Of a stretch of 64,000 nt of DNA, positions 18,801-28,246 are shown piece by piece. The stretch is taken from the NCBI GenBank assembly GCA_938023035.1, contig CALIDI010000010.1:13612-77611 (forward strand). The letters run 5' to 3'. Every line of letters begins with the position of its first letter. Position 1 is the first letter of the stretch. Below the pieces are notes generated by a model. The model saw nothing but the letters and a program-made list of their open reading frames with translations. It had not been told where the DNA came from and did not search any database. The DNA comes from an uncultured Leptolyngbyaceae cyanobacterium. GTDB lineage: Bacteria; Cyanobacteriota; Cyanobacteriia; Leptolyngbyales; Leptolyngbyaceae. A program made the position numbers and the translations under genes.

Positions 18801-21800
18801 ATCAAACGCAGAGAGGTCTCCCTCTAAATCCAGGGAATCGAAGTCACCTAAACTCTCTGGTGTCGCCGCTGGTTCCATCTCAGAGAAGTCGCCCTCTAAA
18901 TCCAGGGAATCCAACTCACCTAAACTCTCTGTAACGGCAACTTCTTCGCCAGACAGCGACTCTAAACCAAACAGTTCACTATCCAGAGTGCTCATCTGCT
19001 CCAGATTCTCTGAAACCACCGGGTTAAAACTCTCTGCGATCGCGCTGTCCACATCCATGTTGCCGAGCAAATCAGCGGTTGCTTCAGCATCGGCATCGCC
19101 TGCGTCGAAGGCGAGTGCTAAATCGTCCGCTGCGTCCTCTAGCCCGAACAAAGCATCCGCCGAGCCAGCGGCATCCAATTCCAGCTCACCCCCAATTGTA
19201 TTGAGACTGGCATCATCCAGTCCTTCCAGCCCAAGTAAATCGCTCTCGCCAAAGGGGCTATCTTCAAATGGCAAGCTCCCAGTCGCCGGCTCATCGATCG
19301 CCATCATGCCAGCATCATCCAGGCTATCGTCCAGGGCGAAAAAGGTTACCTCATCATTGCCATCCAGTAACATTGGCTCGCTATCAATATCAGACTGACT
19401 GGTCATCTCTGTGGAAAACAGCTCATCGGTTTCCAACCCAGCCCCTACTGCATCCACTGCAAAAGATAAATCATCCAGTTGTTCAGATGCATCACTCCCT
19501 ACCAAAGCTTCGGTTCCATCCGCATCTGGAGTAAGCTCGGTCAGCTCAAACGGGTCTTCTACAATGTGCGTTAATGACTCTCCGGAGCCTTCGGATGCAG
19601 TCTCCAACTCTTCAAAGAAAAGGTCTGCCTCAAGCTGTGAGGAGGCTTCCCCATCAAAATCGGATAGCTCTAAACCCAGGTTAGCTGAGCCACTTTCAAG
19701 GTCTTCTAATTCTTCATCTGAACTCTCTAAACTCTCTAAACTCTCGAAATCGTCCAAGCTTTCTAAACTTTCTAGGGTTTCAGAGCCTGGGATTGCTGTG
19801 TCCCAAAGGGTTTCATCCGCGATATCTGTTTCTAAGTTTTCCAGCGCCTCGATCCCATCCAACTCCCCTAAAGTCTTAGCAACAGACATTTGGGTTTCAG
19901 TATCCAGGCCTACAGGAGCAGCATCTGAGGAAGCTGGATCAAGCCATGGGTCTGGAGTACCAATGGCACTGATGTCTCTCTCTGGCTCTCCAAACCCTAA
20001 ATCAACATCTCCTAAATCAGAAGAGTCTGTATTACCAAAGTCGGCTAAGTCGAGATCTAGATCCAACTCTAGATCCGACGACTCAAAATTAGCTTCCGCT
20101 TCAACAGCAAGCAGGTCATCCAGATTCGTGTCAGCGTCTGGATCGGGCACTGCATCTGCGGCTAGTTCGTTTAGCTCAGAGACAGGCCACTGTCCATGGG
20201 CATCGCCCGCCAAACCAGTATCAGGGGAAGATTTTGCGGCAGTATCTTCCCATAAATCCGCAAGTTCGTCCTGCTCAGAAAGCATGTTAGTGAAGTCTGA
20301 TTCCACGGTTTCTTCAGGGAGCGAGCCAGCAGCGGTATCCTCGAAGCCAGTCGCATCGATCCCAGCGAACAATTCTCCCAAATCTCGTAGGGATTCATCG
20401 GCCTCAGGCATCAGTTGAAGTGACTCGCCTGCTGTTGTTCCGTCGGATTGACTCAAGGCATCTGGAGCGAAGGTCTCTAGGTCGAGGTCTCCAAAGAGTT
20501 CTGCTTCTTCTGCTTCAGTGGCAATGGAGGCGCTTGTATCCAGTGCAAGCAAATCTGCTTCATCAAGGGTGAGCAAATCTTCAAGACCTGAGCCAACGTG
20601 GTCTGACTCGATAGCGGAGGCTCCGGTCTCGGACGCAGACATGGCTACACTAGCAGCATCCCCAGATTCCATTTCTTCAAATAAACCACCTAGATCCCCA
20701 AGTTCGCCAAACTCCTGAATCTCGAAATCGCCTGGATGGCTACTCTCAAACAGCAGGTCAGAAAAGTCCCCCTCTTCTTCAGAATCTGTCAAATCGGGCA
20801 ATACATCCAGTGATAAGTCATTCTCTTCGTGCAAAATCTCTTCGTTTTGCCAGGTGGAACCCAGCTCTGGCATTTCTCCTTCAAATAAATCCGCTAAAGA
20901 GTTCAGCTCTGCCAAACCAACTTCTGGCCCTTGCGGCGAGTCTGCCTCGTCCAGATTATGGGCTACATCGGTCTGTTTGATTGAATGAAGACTATCCGCT
21001 ATGGAACCTGATGGAAAGCCAGCCAGACTCAGAGCGTCGCCTTCAAAGTTAGGCTCTGACTCATCAAAGTCAAATACGTCAGTTGTGGCAGCCGCCTCAG
21101 CCGTAAGCAAATCTTCGAGACTAGTATCGCTAGTGGCAGGGGCATGGACTTCGACGATAGGAACCAGCGCAATCAACTGATCACAGGGCGCAATCTCACT
21201 GGCCCGATTCGCCAGAACCAGTTCCTGAGCTTGCTTAATATCTCGAATGACCACAGGCGCGAGGTCACGAAAACGATTTTCGGAATGGGCGATCGCCCGC
21301 TCCGCCATCTCAATCAAATGACACCAATCCGTCAGGCTAAATGGCTCACCCTGCTGCCGCAAGGTCGCACAAATTGAGCACAACCGCTGGCGATTCTCTG
21401 CTGTTTCAGCCTGCTTAAAGAGCTGCAACATTTCCCGCAGGCGCCCAGGCACATCCGTTTGAAATGCCTCCACCAGAGATCTCGCCGAACTAACCGTCCC
21501 CAAAGTTGCAGGTGCACCAGCCGCAGTACCCGCCCCAGTTGCTTGAGCTAACCACTGCTCAATCTCGATAAAAACTGGCTCCACAGTAGCAAGGGCATTC
21601 GCATTTGCCGCATCGGATAAGCCAAAGGAGCTTTGGAGTTGTTCCAGGAGTTCCTTCAGAACATCAAAAACCTGAAGGAAGAGCGTTTCCAGACGCTGAT
21701 CAACTTGAACGGGCGATTCTTTAAGAATCTTAAAAAAGTCTTCTAGTCGGTGGGAGACTTGCTGAATCCCACCGAGTCCCAACATAGCAGCCCCGCCTTT

Positions 21801-21953
21801 AACCGAGTGTGCTGCCCGAAACACTTCGTTAATAGATTCAGCATCCTCAATGGTGCTTTGCAGACTCAGCAAGCCCTGCTCAATCGTATTGAGGTGCTCT
21901 TTTGCTTCCTCAATAAAGTAGCCCATGATCCGCTGTTGCTGTTCTGGCTGCAT
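15870..21953 (-). CDS. pilL: Hybrid CheA-type histidine kinase (Hpt, very long acidic linker, dimerization, HATPase, CheW-like, REC); PilL/HmpE-type
   Basis: N-terminal Hpt motif FRAAHSVKGGAAMLGL. About 1100 aa of D/E/S/L-rich low complexity. Then VPVKHLDNLSNLVGELVV, HLVNNALTHGIE, DDGAGID and GRGVGMDVV (N, G1, G2 boxes), a CheW-like segment, and a C-terminal receiver (VLIVDDS...DIEMPRMDG...TSRG). Confidence 0.9.
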   Translation of the reverse strand: MQPEQQQRIMGYFIEEAKEHLNTIEQGLLSLQSTIEDAESINEVFRAAHSVKGGAAMLGLGGIQQVSHRLEDFFKILKESPVQVDQRLETLFLQVFDVLKELLEQLQSSFGLSDAANANALATVEPVFIEIEQWLAQATGAGTAAGAPATLGTVSSARSLVEAFQTDVPGRLREMLQLFKQAETAENRQRLCSICATLRQQGEPFSLTDWCHLIEMAERAIAHSENRFRDLAPVVIRDIKQAQELVLANRASEIAPCDQLIALVPIVEVHAPATSDTSLEDLLTAEAAATTDVFDFDESEPNFEGDALSLAGFPSGSIADSLHSIKQTDVAHNLDEADSPQGPEVGLAELNSLADLFEGEMPELGSTWQNEEILHEENDLSLDVLPDLTDSEEEGDFSDLLFESSHPGDFEIQEFGELGDLGGLFEEMESGDAASVAMSASETGASAIESDHVGSGLEDLLTLDEADLLALDTSASIATEAEEAELFGDLDLETFAPDALSQSDGTTAGESLQLMPEADESLRDLGELFAGIDATGFEDTAAGSLPEETVESDFTNMLSEQDELADLWEDTAAKSSPDTGLAGDAHGQWPVSELNELAADAVPDPDADTNLDDLLAVEAEANFESSDLELDLDLDLADFGNTDSSDLGDVDLGFGEPERDISAIGTPDPWLDPASSDAAPVGLDTETQMSVAKTLGELDGIEALENLETDIADETLWDTAIPGSETLESLESLDDFESLESLESSDEELEDLESGSANLGLELSDFDGEASSQLEADLFFEELETASEGSGESLTHIVEDPFELTELTPDADGTEALVGSDASEQLDDLSFAVDAVGAGLETDELFSTEMTSQSDIDSEPMLLDGNDEVTFFALDDSLDDAGMMAIDEPATGSLPFEDSPFGESDLLGLEGLDDASLNTIGGELELDAAGSADALFGLEDAADDLALAFDAGDADAEATADLLGNMDVDSAIAESFNPVVSENLEQMSTLDSELFGLESLSGEEVAVTESLGELDSLDLEGDFSEMEPAATPESLGDFDSLDLEGDLSAFDFDLAAPQDEESSSSFDLNEAASESALFSEPDLDVLTDAAIAQQEVLSDRADDDASFGEATPSSLEPDITADFNDLEFDELDLPLGASDSWDDDRQPSAEASMLDFDQEFDLVGSLDKADMEAEQKPDQDNWPSLSNQDLLSDNALAAEAEADLEDLLSDEWANVRDQDSELNDLDNLLAASSEDLTDTLGTSDISGELNDFLEDNDLNGHHLFDLEDATSETEETSSIDDSFADLESLLADDAQLAAAVQPSVDSHQDLDAFADLEALLQPEADEQPEVSATSSDRDFDELDDLLRDAEEKMGGSASVKSLRGSPARPSRPARPQGEQTMRVPVKHLDNLSNLVGELVVNRNSLEQDQERLRQSLDNLLYQVQKLSDVGQRMQDLYERSLLESSLLASRQKHRDRIASSLGLSVIGADSASDKGDEVEYDPLEMDRFTRFHSLSQEMIELIVRVRESSSDIGFIVDETDQVTRMFRQVTTQLQEGLTRSRMMPFAQTADRLPRAVRDISIKVGKQAELIIEGRETLIDKMILEKLYDPLTHLVNNALTHGIESPEIRQSVGKSAIGRITVRAFHQGNQTVISVSDDGAGIDTERVKQKAIEKGLISAAEAQSLTRLDVYDLLFHPGFSTADQVSEFSGRGVGMDVVRTSLSEIRGVINTDSTPGKGTSFTIRLPLTLSISKALCCISDRARIAFPMDGVEDMLDLPKGRVQVNEEGQQCIAWRDTILPLRPLSELLTYNRHLSRGTVYGGHQEDDIVSIVVLRSAGNYLALQVDQVLGEQEIVIKQLEGPVPKPIGVAGATVLGDGRIMPIADVLELIDFSMGRIRKDAGTSLWDKGAITTIQEAPTVKTEPMVLIVDDSITVRELLSMTFNKVGYRVEQARDGQEAWEKLRSGLPCDIVFCDIEMPRMDGLDLLSRIQKDPTLSHLPIAMLTSRGADRHRQMAASLGASGYFTKPYLEEALLDAAQRMLKGEKLL

Positions 21954-22192
21954 AGCAATCCCATCCTTTTGAAGCCAATAATGCGTTTGTTGCGTTGGGT
22001 CAGTCAGAGCAATGGGTCAAAGCATCACCAAAAGGAACAAAACAAGTAAGACTGAGCCCAACTGTACTGCTCTCAAGCTGGGGTCAACTATCTGACCGCA
22101 AGGCCGCAATCAGCTAGCTTAAACACCTATTTTTGCTCTAATGTACTCGATTCCTGAAAAATTGACACCTCTGCAATTGCCTTCAGCATTCC

Positions 22193-24928
22193 CTACTTGC
22201 GCTCAAGTGTTTCAACCCGGAATCGTTCGACCGAGGTTAGCAGGTCGCGGGCCACGTTCACCAAGTTTTGCAGCGAGCCTGACACGCGTTGGGCTTCTTG
22301 CGAGGTTTCTTGAGCTGTCAATTCCACTGACTGCATCACCTGAGCCACTGCGCGCGAGGTTTCGGTTTGCTCTACGGTGTCTGCTGTAATCGATCGCACT
22401 AGCACATCAATCCGATTCGACACCTGGATAATGTCTTCTAGCGATCGCTTCGCCTGCTCTGCCAATCGTGTCCCCTCAATTACCTGCTGGGTACCTTCTT
22501 CCATCGCCATCATCACAGATCCCGTCTCTGACTGAATCTGCAACACAATTTGCTCAATTTCCTTCGATGCTTTAGCTGCCCGGTCGGCTAACTGCCGCAC
22601 TTCATCCGCCACAATAGCAAACCCTCGTCCTGCCTCTCCGGCGCGTGCCGCTTCAATACTAGCGTTCAGTGCTAACAGGTTCGTCCGCGAGGCAATCTGA
22701 GAAATCAAAGCGACAATCTTAGAAATTTCCTGGGAAGACTCTGCCAGACGCTTCACCTTACGGGTTGTTTCAGCCACCGTTTCACGGATTTGTAAAATCC
22801 CTGCCACTGTGCGTTCTACCGCCTCACCTCCTTTCAGAGCGGTTGCTGACGCAGAGCGTGCCACCTCCTCAGCCTCACGGGCACTTTCGGCCACCCGTTG
22901 AATCGATTCAGTCATGACCTGCACAGAGTTCAGTGTGACCGCCAATTCTTCTGCCTGCCGCAATGCATCTGAAGAAAGACTACGGGCAAACATCTCATTA
23001 TCCGTAGACGCTTTACTGACTTGGCGAGCCGCCGTTTTCACCTGTTGCACAATCTCCCGCAGGTTTTGAATCGTTAGGTTAAACGAGTCAGCAACAGCCC
23101 CTAGCACATCAGCCGTTACCTCGGCCTGCACGGTCAAGTCACCACGGGCAGCGCCTTCCACATCATCTAACAAGCGAATAACCTGACGCTGCAAATCTTC
23201 CTTGGCTTGTTCCTGCTCTTCTGCCTTGCGCTGGGCTTCACTGGTGGTCGTCAAAATCACTTTGGCCATCTGGTTAAAGCCCGATGACAATTGACCAAAC
23301 TCATCCTCTGAGTAGATGGTGGCCCGAGCATTCAAGTTTCCCTGACAAACAGAATTGAACTGCGTCTGCAAATCATCCGTGGAGCGGCGGACTTTTTTCG
23401 CGACATATTGCCCTAATACGAAAGCCGTTAAAAAGCTCGATAGCCCAGCCACTGGCACAGTGACCAGATCTTTCAAACGCTGGCTCTCAATCGCGGTTGT
23501 CACTTGGTCAGCACTGTAGGTGTTGTTGTTGGGCCGCCCAATCTGGCTTACCAGACGGTTAGCAAACAGCGAACTGACAACAGCCGTAGCAATGAGGGAT
23601 GCCAACCCAGCCACGGCTGCAATCACCAATTGCTTGGTGGGCAAAGAAGCATTTTGCAACGGTGCCAGCCAGCCCTGCTCAACGGCTACAACAGGTTCTC
23701 CCCCGACACTGTCAATTTGGGTAAAGGAAGGCACCTGATCGGCTGCACTAGTCAGGCTAAAGACTTCGTCGTCTCGAATCATGCCGCGATCGCTGATCGA
23801 GCTAAAATCGCTTTCTTCTGCGTTAGAGCTAGCCATCGCCTGGGTGTCAAACCCCATCCCCACAATGGGACTCGTAAACCCTGCCGAATTTTCCGAAAGA
23901 TTAAAGTCAGATAAATTTCCTAAATCATCAAATTCGTCAAACTCATCCAAAAAGTCCACAGTACCCGACTGCCCCATCCCTTCCGCTGAGGTAACCACCG
24001 TACTTCCATCCGTAGGGAAGGAGTTGCTATCTAACATTTGGGGATCGGTACACCCTTCATAGTCGTAGTCTGACTGATCCTGAGTTGGGGGTGGATAGGC
24101 TGTTTCAGGAGTCTCATAGGGGCTAGCTCCCATAAACAACGTGTCTTCGCCCAGTGCAGGAGGCATCGCCACCTCTGACTCTGGCAATGGGAAAGGACTA
24201 TCTGCCGCACCCCCAAAAGCATCCGCCGAATCGGCCGCATCATCCAGAATGTCTAAATCTCCCAGACTCGAAAAATCACTGTCTGGAGTTAAAAACGGAT
24301 CGCTAACCGGGAAAGACGACTCTGAATCAGCCAGGGAAAACGGCGAATCTTCACCAGCCGCAAAAGGATTGACAAACACTTCTTCCGCTGGGGTAGCGGA
24401 AAATGACCCCAGATCGATTGAACCGTTGAACCCGGCATCGTAGCTACCACCGGCCAAATCCCCCAGAGCAAAAGCATCCTCCCCAGCCAACTCGCCTTCC
24501 CCAGAACCCTGCCAAGTTGTGGCCGAGAAATCAGAAAATGCCTCAGCAGAATCAACACCTGCAAAGTCAAAGTCATCTCCCTCAGCAACAAACCGGGCAT
24601 TATCACCACTACTGAGGCCATCATTCACCCCCGACGAAGCATCACTATACTGACTGTACTGATCGATGTAGGCCAGCCCATCATTGGCATAACCCAAAAA
24701 CTCAGTGTCAGAAGTCAAGCTCAGAACAGATTGATACTGCTCACGGGCAATCTCAAATTGTTGCAAACCGTAACAATAGATGTGCCCCCGCAGTAAACAG
24801 GCACTGGGGTCAGTTGGATCCTTTTCGACCAGGCGATCAACGATCTCGGCTGCCACCTCGTAGTTCCCCTGTGCGTAGGCAATCTGAGCTTGTTGATATT
24901 CCTGTGCGTAATCAGTACCTGATGCCAT
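22193..24928 (-). CDS. pilJ: Methyl-accepting chemotaxis protein with N-terminal TPR-like and acidic region, two TM helices, HAMP and MCP signalling domain; PilJ/HmpD-type
   Basis: The C-terminal half has the MCP hairpin core ([37 protein letters not shown]). The ATG at 24928 is preceded by GGAGGAGG. Two hydrophobic helices are separated by only ~35 aa. Confidence 0.9.
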   Translation of the reverse strand: MASGTDYAQEYQQAQIAYAQGNYEVAAEIVDRLVEKDPTDPSACLLRGHIYCYGLQQFEIAREQYQSVLSLTSDTEFLGYANDGLAYIDQYSQYSDASSGVNDGLSSGDNARFVAEGDDFDFAGVDSAEAFSDFSATTWQGSGEGELAGEDAFALGDLAGGSYDAGFNGSIDLGSFSATPAEEVFVNPFAAGEDSPFSLADSESSFPVSDPFLTPDSDFSSLGDLDILDDAADSADAFGGAADSPFPLPESEVAMPPALGEDTLFMGASPYETPETAYPPPTQDQSDYDYEGCTDPQMLDSNSFPTDGSTVVTSAEGMGQSGTVDFLDEFDEFDDLGNLSDFNLSENSAGFTSPIVGMGFDTQAMASSNAEESDFSSISDRGMIRDDEVFSLTSAADQVPSFTQIDSVGGEPVVAVEQGWLAPLQNASLPTKQLVIAAVAGLASLIATAVVSSLFANRLVSQIGRPNNNTYSADQVTTAIESQRLKDLVTVPVAGLSSFLTAFVLGQYVAKKVRRSTDDLQTQFNSVCQGNLNARATIYSEDEFGQLSSGFNQMAKVILTTTSEAQRKAEEQEQAKEDLQRQVIRLLDDVEGAARGDLTVQAEVTADVLGAVADSFNLTIQNLREIVQQVKTAARQVSKASTDNEMFARSLSSDALRQAEELAVTLNSVQVMTESIQRVAESAREAEEVARSASATALKGGEAVERTVAGILQIRETVAETTRKVKRLAESSQEISKIVALISQIASRTNLLALNASIEAARAGEAGRGFAIVADEVRQLADRAAKASKEIEQIVLQIQSETGSVMMAMEEGTQQVIEGTRLAEQAKRSLEDIIQVSNRIDVLVRSITADTVEQTETSRAVAQVMQSVELTAQETSQEAQRVSGSLQNLVNVARDLLTSVERFRVETLERK

Positions 24929-25071
24929 TTGCCTCCTCCCGGTAGAGTAAATAATGCCGTTCCAACTGCATGGAGGGCTTACGAAACACGACAGAGTCAA
25001 TCCCTAGGTCAGTGCCATTGTTTCTATTGTTGTACTCCCTGATGGTGTTTTTGCACTGTAAAATTCTCGAT

Positions 25072-25596
25072 TTAAGCTGCCCAGCGCGCTGATCGCAAAA
25101 TTGAGACCTGATCCAGCAATCGCAAAAACCGATCTGGCCCCAGCACCCACTCCCCCCGAATAAATGGAGCCACCCCATCGGGCAAATTTGTTGGCATCTG
25201 GAGTTCTTCAACATCCAGCCATTGCATCTCCAGTAACCGATCAACGGCTAACCCCAACATCAGATCCTGGTCTTCTACCGCAATTACCTGCACCTCTGGT
25301 CGATCCGTATTCAGAGCCGCCCCGTCTCCCAAAAATTGCCCCAAGTCAGCCACCCAAACAACGCGCCCCCTCACATTTAGGGTTCCCAATAGCAGCGGAG
25401 AAACGTTCGGTACCGGAGTAATCCGATCCGGGGAGGGTGACAGCACCTCCTTAATCCCCGTTGCCGGAAGGGCGAATTCATCCCCTGAAGGCACATGAAA
25501 CCGAAGGTGCAACTCACCTTCAGGACTCTCCAACTCCTGAAACTCTGGAGATTGATCCTGCCCGCGACCGGTCAAAAAATCTGGACTACCGACCAT
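25072..25596 (-). CDS. pilI: CheW-like coupling protein; PilI/HmpC-type
   Basis: Single CheW-domain-sized protein in the CheY-CheW-MCP order. The ATG at 25596 lies 5 nt downstream of the preceding stop. The longer track ORF overlaps the CheY gene. Confidence 0.75.
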   Translation of the reverse strand: MVGSPDFLTGRGQDQSPEFQELESPEGELHLRFHVPSGDEFALPATGIKEVLSPSPDRITPVPNVSPLLLGTLNVRGRVVWVADLGQFLGDGAALNTDRPEVQVIAVEDQDLMLGLAVDRLLEMQWLDVEELQMPTNLPDGVAPFIRGEWVLGPDRFLRLLDQVSILRSARWAA

Positions 25597-25601
25597 TGTG
25601 T

Positions 25602-25967
25602 TCACCCTCGCAATAGTTGTTTCACCGTGCCAACCAATTCCGTCGGCTGGAAGGGTTTGGCAATGTAGGCATCCGCTCCCTGTTTCATCCCCCAATAGCG
25701 ATCAAATTCTTCGCCCTTTGAGGAACACATGACAACAGGAACATTTTGGGTTTTGGGGTCGGCTTTGAGGCGACGACAGACTTCATATCCATTCATTCGA
25801 GGCATTACAATATCTAGCACCACCAAGTCAGGGCAGTGACCTTGAACCCGCTCTAATGCTTCTACCCCATCACTGGCAACAGTCACCTCTAAGCCGCTAC
25901 CTCGCAGTAAGTCGGTAATCATTTCCCGCTGCGTTACGCTATCTTCAACCACCAAAACTGTACTCAT
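25602..25967 (-). CDS. pilH: Single-domain CheY-like response regulator; PilH/HmpB-type
   Basis: Receiver motifs VLVVEDS, DLVVLDIVMPRMNG, SSKG and KPF. ATG at 25967; the track start at 25979 is GTG. Confidence 0.9.
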   Translation of the reverse strand: MSTVLVVEDSVTQREMITDLLRGSGLEVTVASDGVEALERVQGHCPDLVVLDIVMPRMNGYEVCRRLKADPKTQNVPVVMCSSKGEEFDRYWGMKQGADAYIAKPFQPTELVGTVKQLLRG

Positions 25968-26048
25968 ACTGTCTGCCACCCGCTTGTTGGATCGAGCCTT
26001 AACTAGGTTTCTCCCTGCCTGACACTTATAAATTAAGTTACCCCTAAT

Positions 26049-27404
26049 TTAATGAAATGGCGTTGATAATGGAGAAGTTTGGTCTGTTTCCTCACTTTCT
26101 AGTTTACCCTTGACAGTACCGGCTCTCGACTGGGGCAAGGAGTCGGCTGGGTTCGACCGTAGCAAGCTTCGGCCAAGTTCGCGACCAGAACCAACATACC
26201 GTTCTACCACCATTAATAGCTCTCCTCCGCCAAACGGTTTCGTCAAATAGTCGGTTGCTCCTACCATTTTGGCTTTGACTCGATCAATAAAGCCATCTTT
26301 TCCTGTCAGCATGACAATTGGTGTTTGACGAAACGCGGTAGACCGGCGTAGCATGGCACAGATTTCATAACCATCCAGTTCGGGCATGGCGATATCACAG
26401 AGTATGACATCGGGTTTGATTTGAAAAACCAGACTCAATGCCTCGATCGGGTTCCCAATGGTGGTTGCCTGATACCCTGCTTGATTTAGAATTTCTTCAA
26501 CAGTGCTACGCACTGTGCTGCTGTCATCAATACAAACAATCTGGATGGGCTGGCTAGCAAAACCCATGCTGCTAGGTTCACGCTCTCCATCAGCGGCAGG
26601 GACTACGGTCATCGCCCGGTTAACTTGGTTCGGCTGAAATGTGAGCTGAATCATTCCCTGCTGTACATAAGGATACATGGCCCGCGCTACGGTTAAAATA
26701 TCGCGTCCCAGGTAGCGGGCCATTTGCCGGATTGAAACCTTGCCGTTGGCGTACTGATCCACGAGTCGAAACGTGGTAGGGGTTAAGGTTGCTTGGAGCG
26801 CAGGGCGATCAACAATTAAAGGGCACTGATCCGGCAATTGAATCCAGGGATGAAATTGCTTCCATTCTTGAACCTGCTTGACAATTCGGGCGAGGAGAGG
26901 TGCAATTTCCAAACTACCCAGTTGCGGTGAGAGCGGCGGCCCCAACTCAAAAATGAAGGAGCCTTGATGCAAACTGAGTACGTCAAATAATGTTTCGCAA
27001 ATCATGCCTTGAATGATGCTCCGTCCTTGGGCAGGGGTGAGCAGATGATTTTCGAGCAAGGCCCAGAGGTAGCCATATTCTGGTGCGTTAATTGAAGCGA
27101 TCGCCGGCACGGATAAGCGATCAAGCGGCAGCTCAACCCGATAACGCCACAAGTAATCAGTAAGGCGCTGCAGATTTGCCTCGGCATCGGCAGCATACAC
27201 AATTTGTCCACTGACAAAAAAGACAAACCAATGCTTTTCCGGTGGGCGGGGTAACCGCATCTCTCCACCACTCGCCAACCGCCCCAGAGTCGAACGGCTG
27301 GCCAGCGGCATCGGGGCTTCCACAAACAGTTCTCCCGTGCGCTGCCCTAACTCAATGAGCTGCAAAATGCTACGAATATCAATTTCGCTTAACTTCCCCT
27401 GCAT
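26049..27404 (-). CDS. pilG: PatA-type response regulator (N-terminal PATAN/DUF4388 domain + C-terminal REC); PilG/HmpA-type
   Basis: The N-terminus LSEIDIRSILQLIELGQRTGELFVE is typical of PATAN. The C-terminal receiver has IVCIDDS, DVILCDIAMPELDG, TGKD and KPF. Confidence 0.85.
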   Translation of the reverse strand: MQGKLSEIDIRSILQLIELGQRTGELFVEAPMPLASRSTLGRLASGGEMRLPRPPEKHWFVFFVSGQIVYAADAEANLQRLTDYLWRYRVELPLDRLSVPAIASINAPEYGYLWALLENHLLTPAQGRSIIQGMICETLFDVLSLHQGSFIFELGPPLSPQLGSLEIAPLLARIVKQVQEWKQFHPWIQLPDQCPLIVDRPALQATLTPTTFRLVDQYANGKVSIRQMARYLGRDILTVARAMYPYVQQGMIQLTFQPNQVNRAMTVVPAADGEREPSSMGFASQPIQIVCIDDSSTVRSTVEEILNQAGYQATTIGNPIEALSLVFQIKPDVILCDIAMPELDGYEICAMLRRSTAFRQTPIVMLTGKDGFIDRVKAKMVGATDYLTKPFGGGELLMVVERYVGSGRELGRSLLRSNPADSLPQSRAGTVKGKLESEETDQTSPLSTPFH

Positions 27405-28246
27405 GAATTTCTGGCCATCTCCAAGACTGGTTTCAACCGCTTAAGTAACAAGCCCCATCGTAGGCTGGTATGCAACCCTGAAGATTTCCCCCAAAGCACA
27501 TTCCATTCGCCTAAAGCGATGCTAACGACCAAAACATAAGCCATGTTTCTCTACAGGTATGCTATTTTCTTTTCTACGTGGTGGTGAGTAGGGTTGACAA
27601 ACGATAACATATGCTTGAGTTGACTCGATCGATGGTTGCACGAATGGGTCGGGCTGAAAGGGCGCCCGTCGGCTATTGACCGTTTCAGGCTTTTTTAAGT
27701 GGCTTCACAATGAAAATTCATAGTCTTTGCCCGGTACTTAGTGCCTCTGAAAGATCCCTAGGAGTCCAGAAAAGACCGAAGTTTTTATACAACTTGCATA
27801 AAGAGCTTCTGTTTACTCGAGCCTAGCCTAGAATGGAGAGATAAAATTTAATCTTTACTATACTGTAGAAGCCCTGTTGGAGCCGCCAGGTTAATGGGTT
27901 GGCCCTGACCAGACTGAACTTAGTTCACTGCGGCACGGTTTGCAAATCTAAATTGGATCGGTCTTTGGCAAAGGGTAAGCCTACTGTTTTACCTCTAGGA
28001 GTTCACTCGCTACATTCAGAGGATAAAGACGATTCGCAAACTATCATCAGATGACTCGTAATTGTTTATCTTGGCTGTAACCGCAATTATGTGAATGATA
28101 CTTATGGGGTTTCAACGGCGATTTAGCATCATACTTTTCCGATGGGGCGGATAGCTGCCAAATTCATCAAGGGTTGCTCAAAATTTATTGGGTTGGGTTT
28201 GACCAGTTCAATCAGCTACAGATAGATACGAAAGGGGACTATCAGC

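Noticed and set aside
19411-20418. 335-aa Ser-rich ORF on the plus strand, with several shorter plus-strand ORFs between 17682 and 21377
   Set aside because: They lie antisense to the acidic D/E/L/S linker of the CheA gene. The GAx/CTx codon bias of the real frame automatically opens a Ser/Ala/Lys-rich antisense frame. They have no independent start context or recognisable domain.
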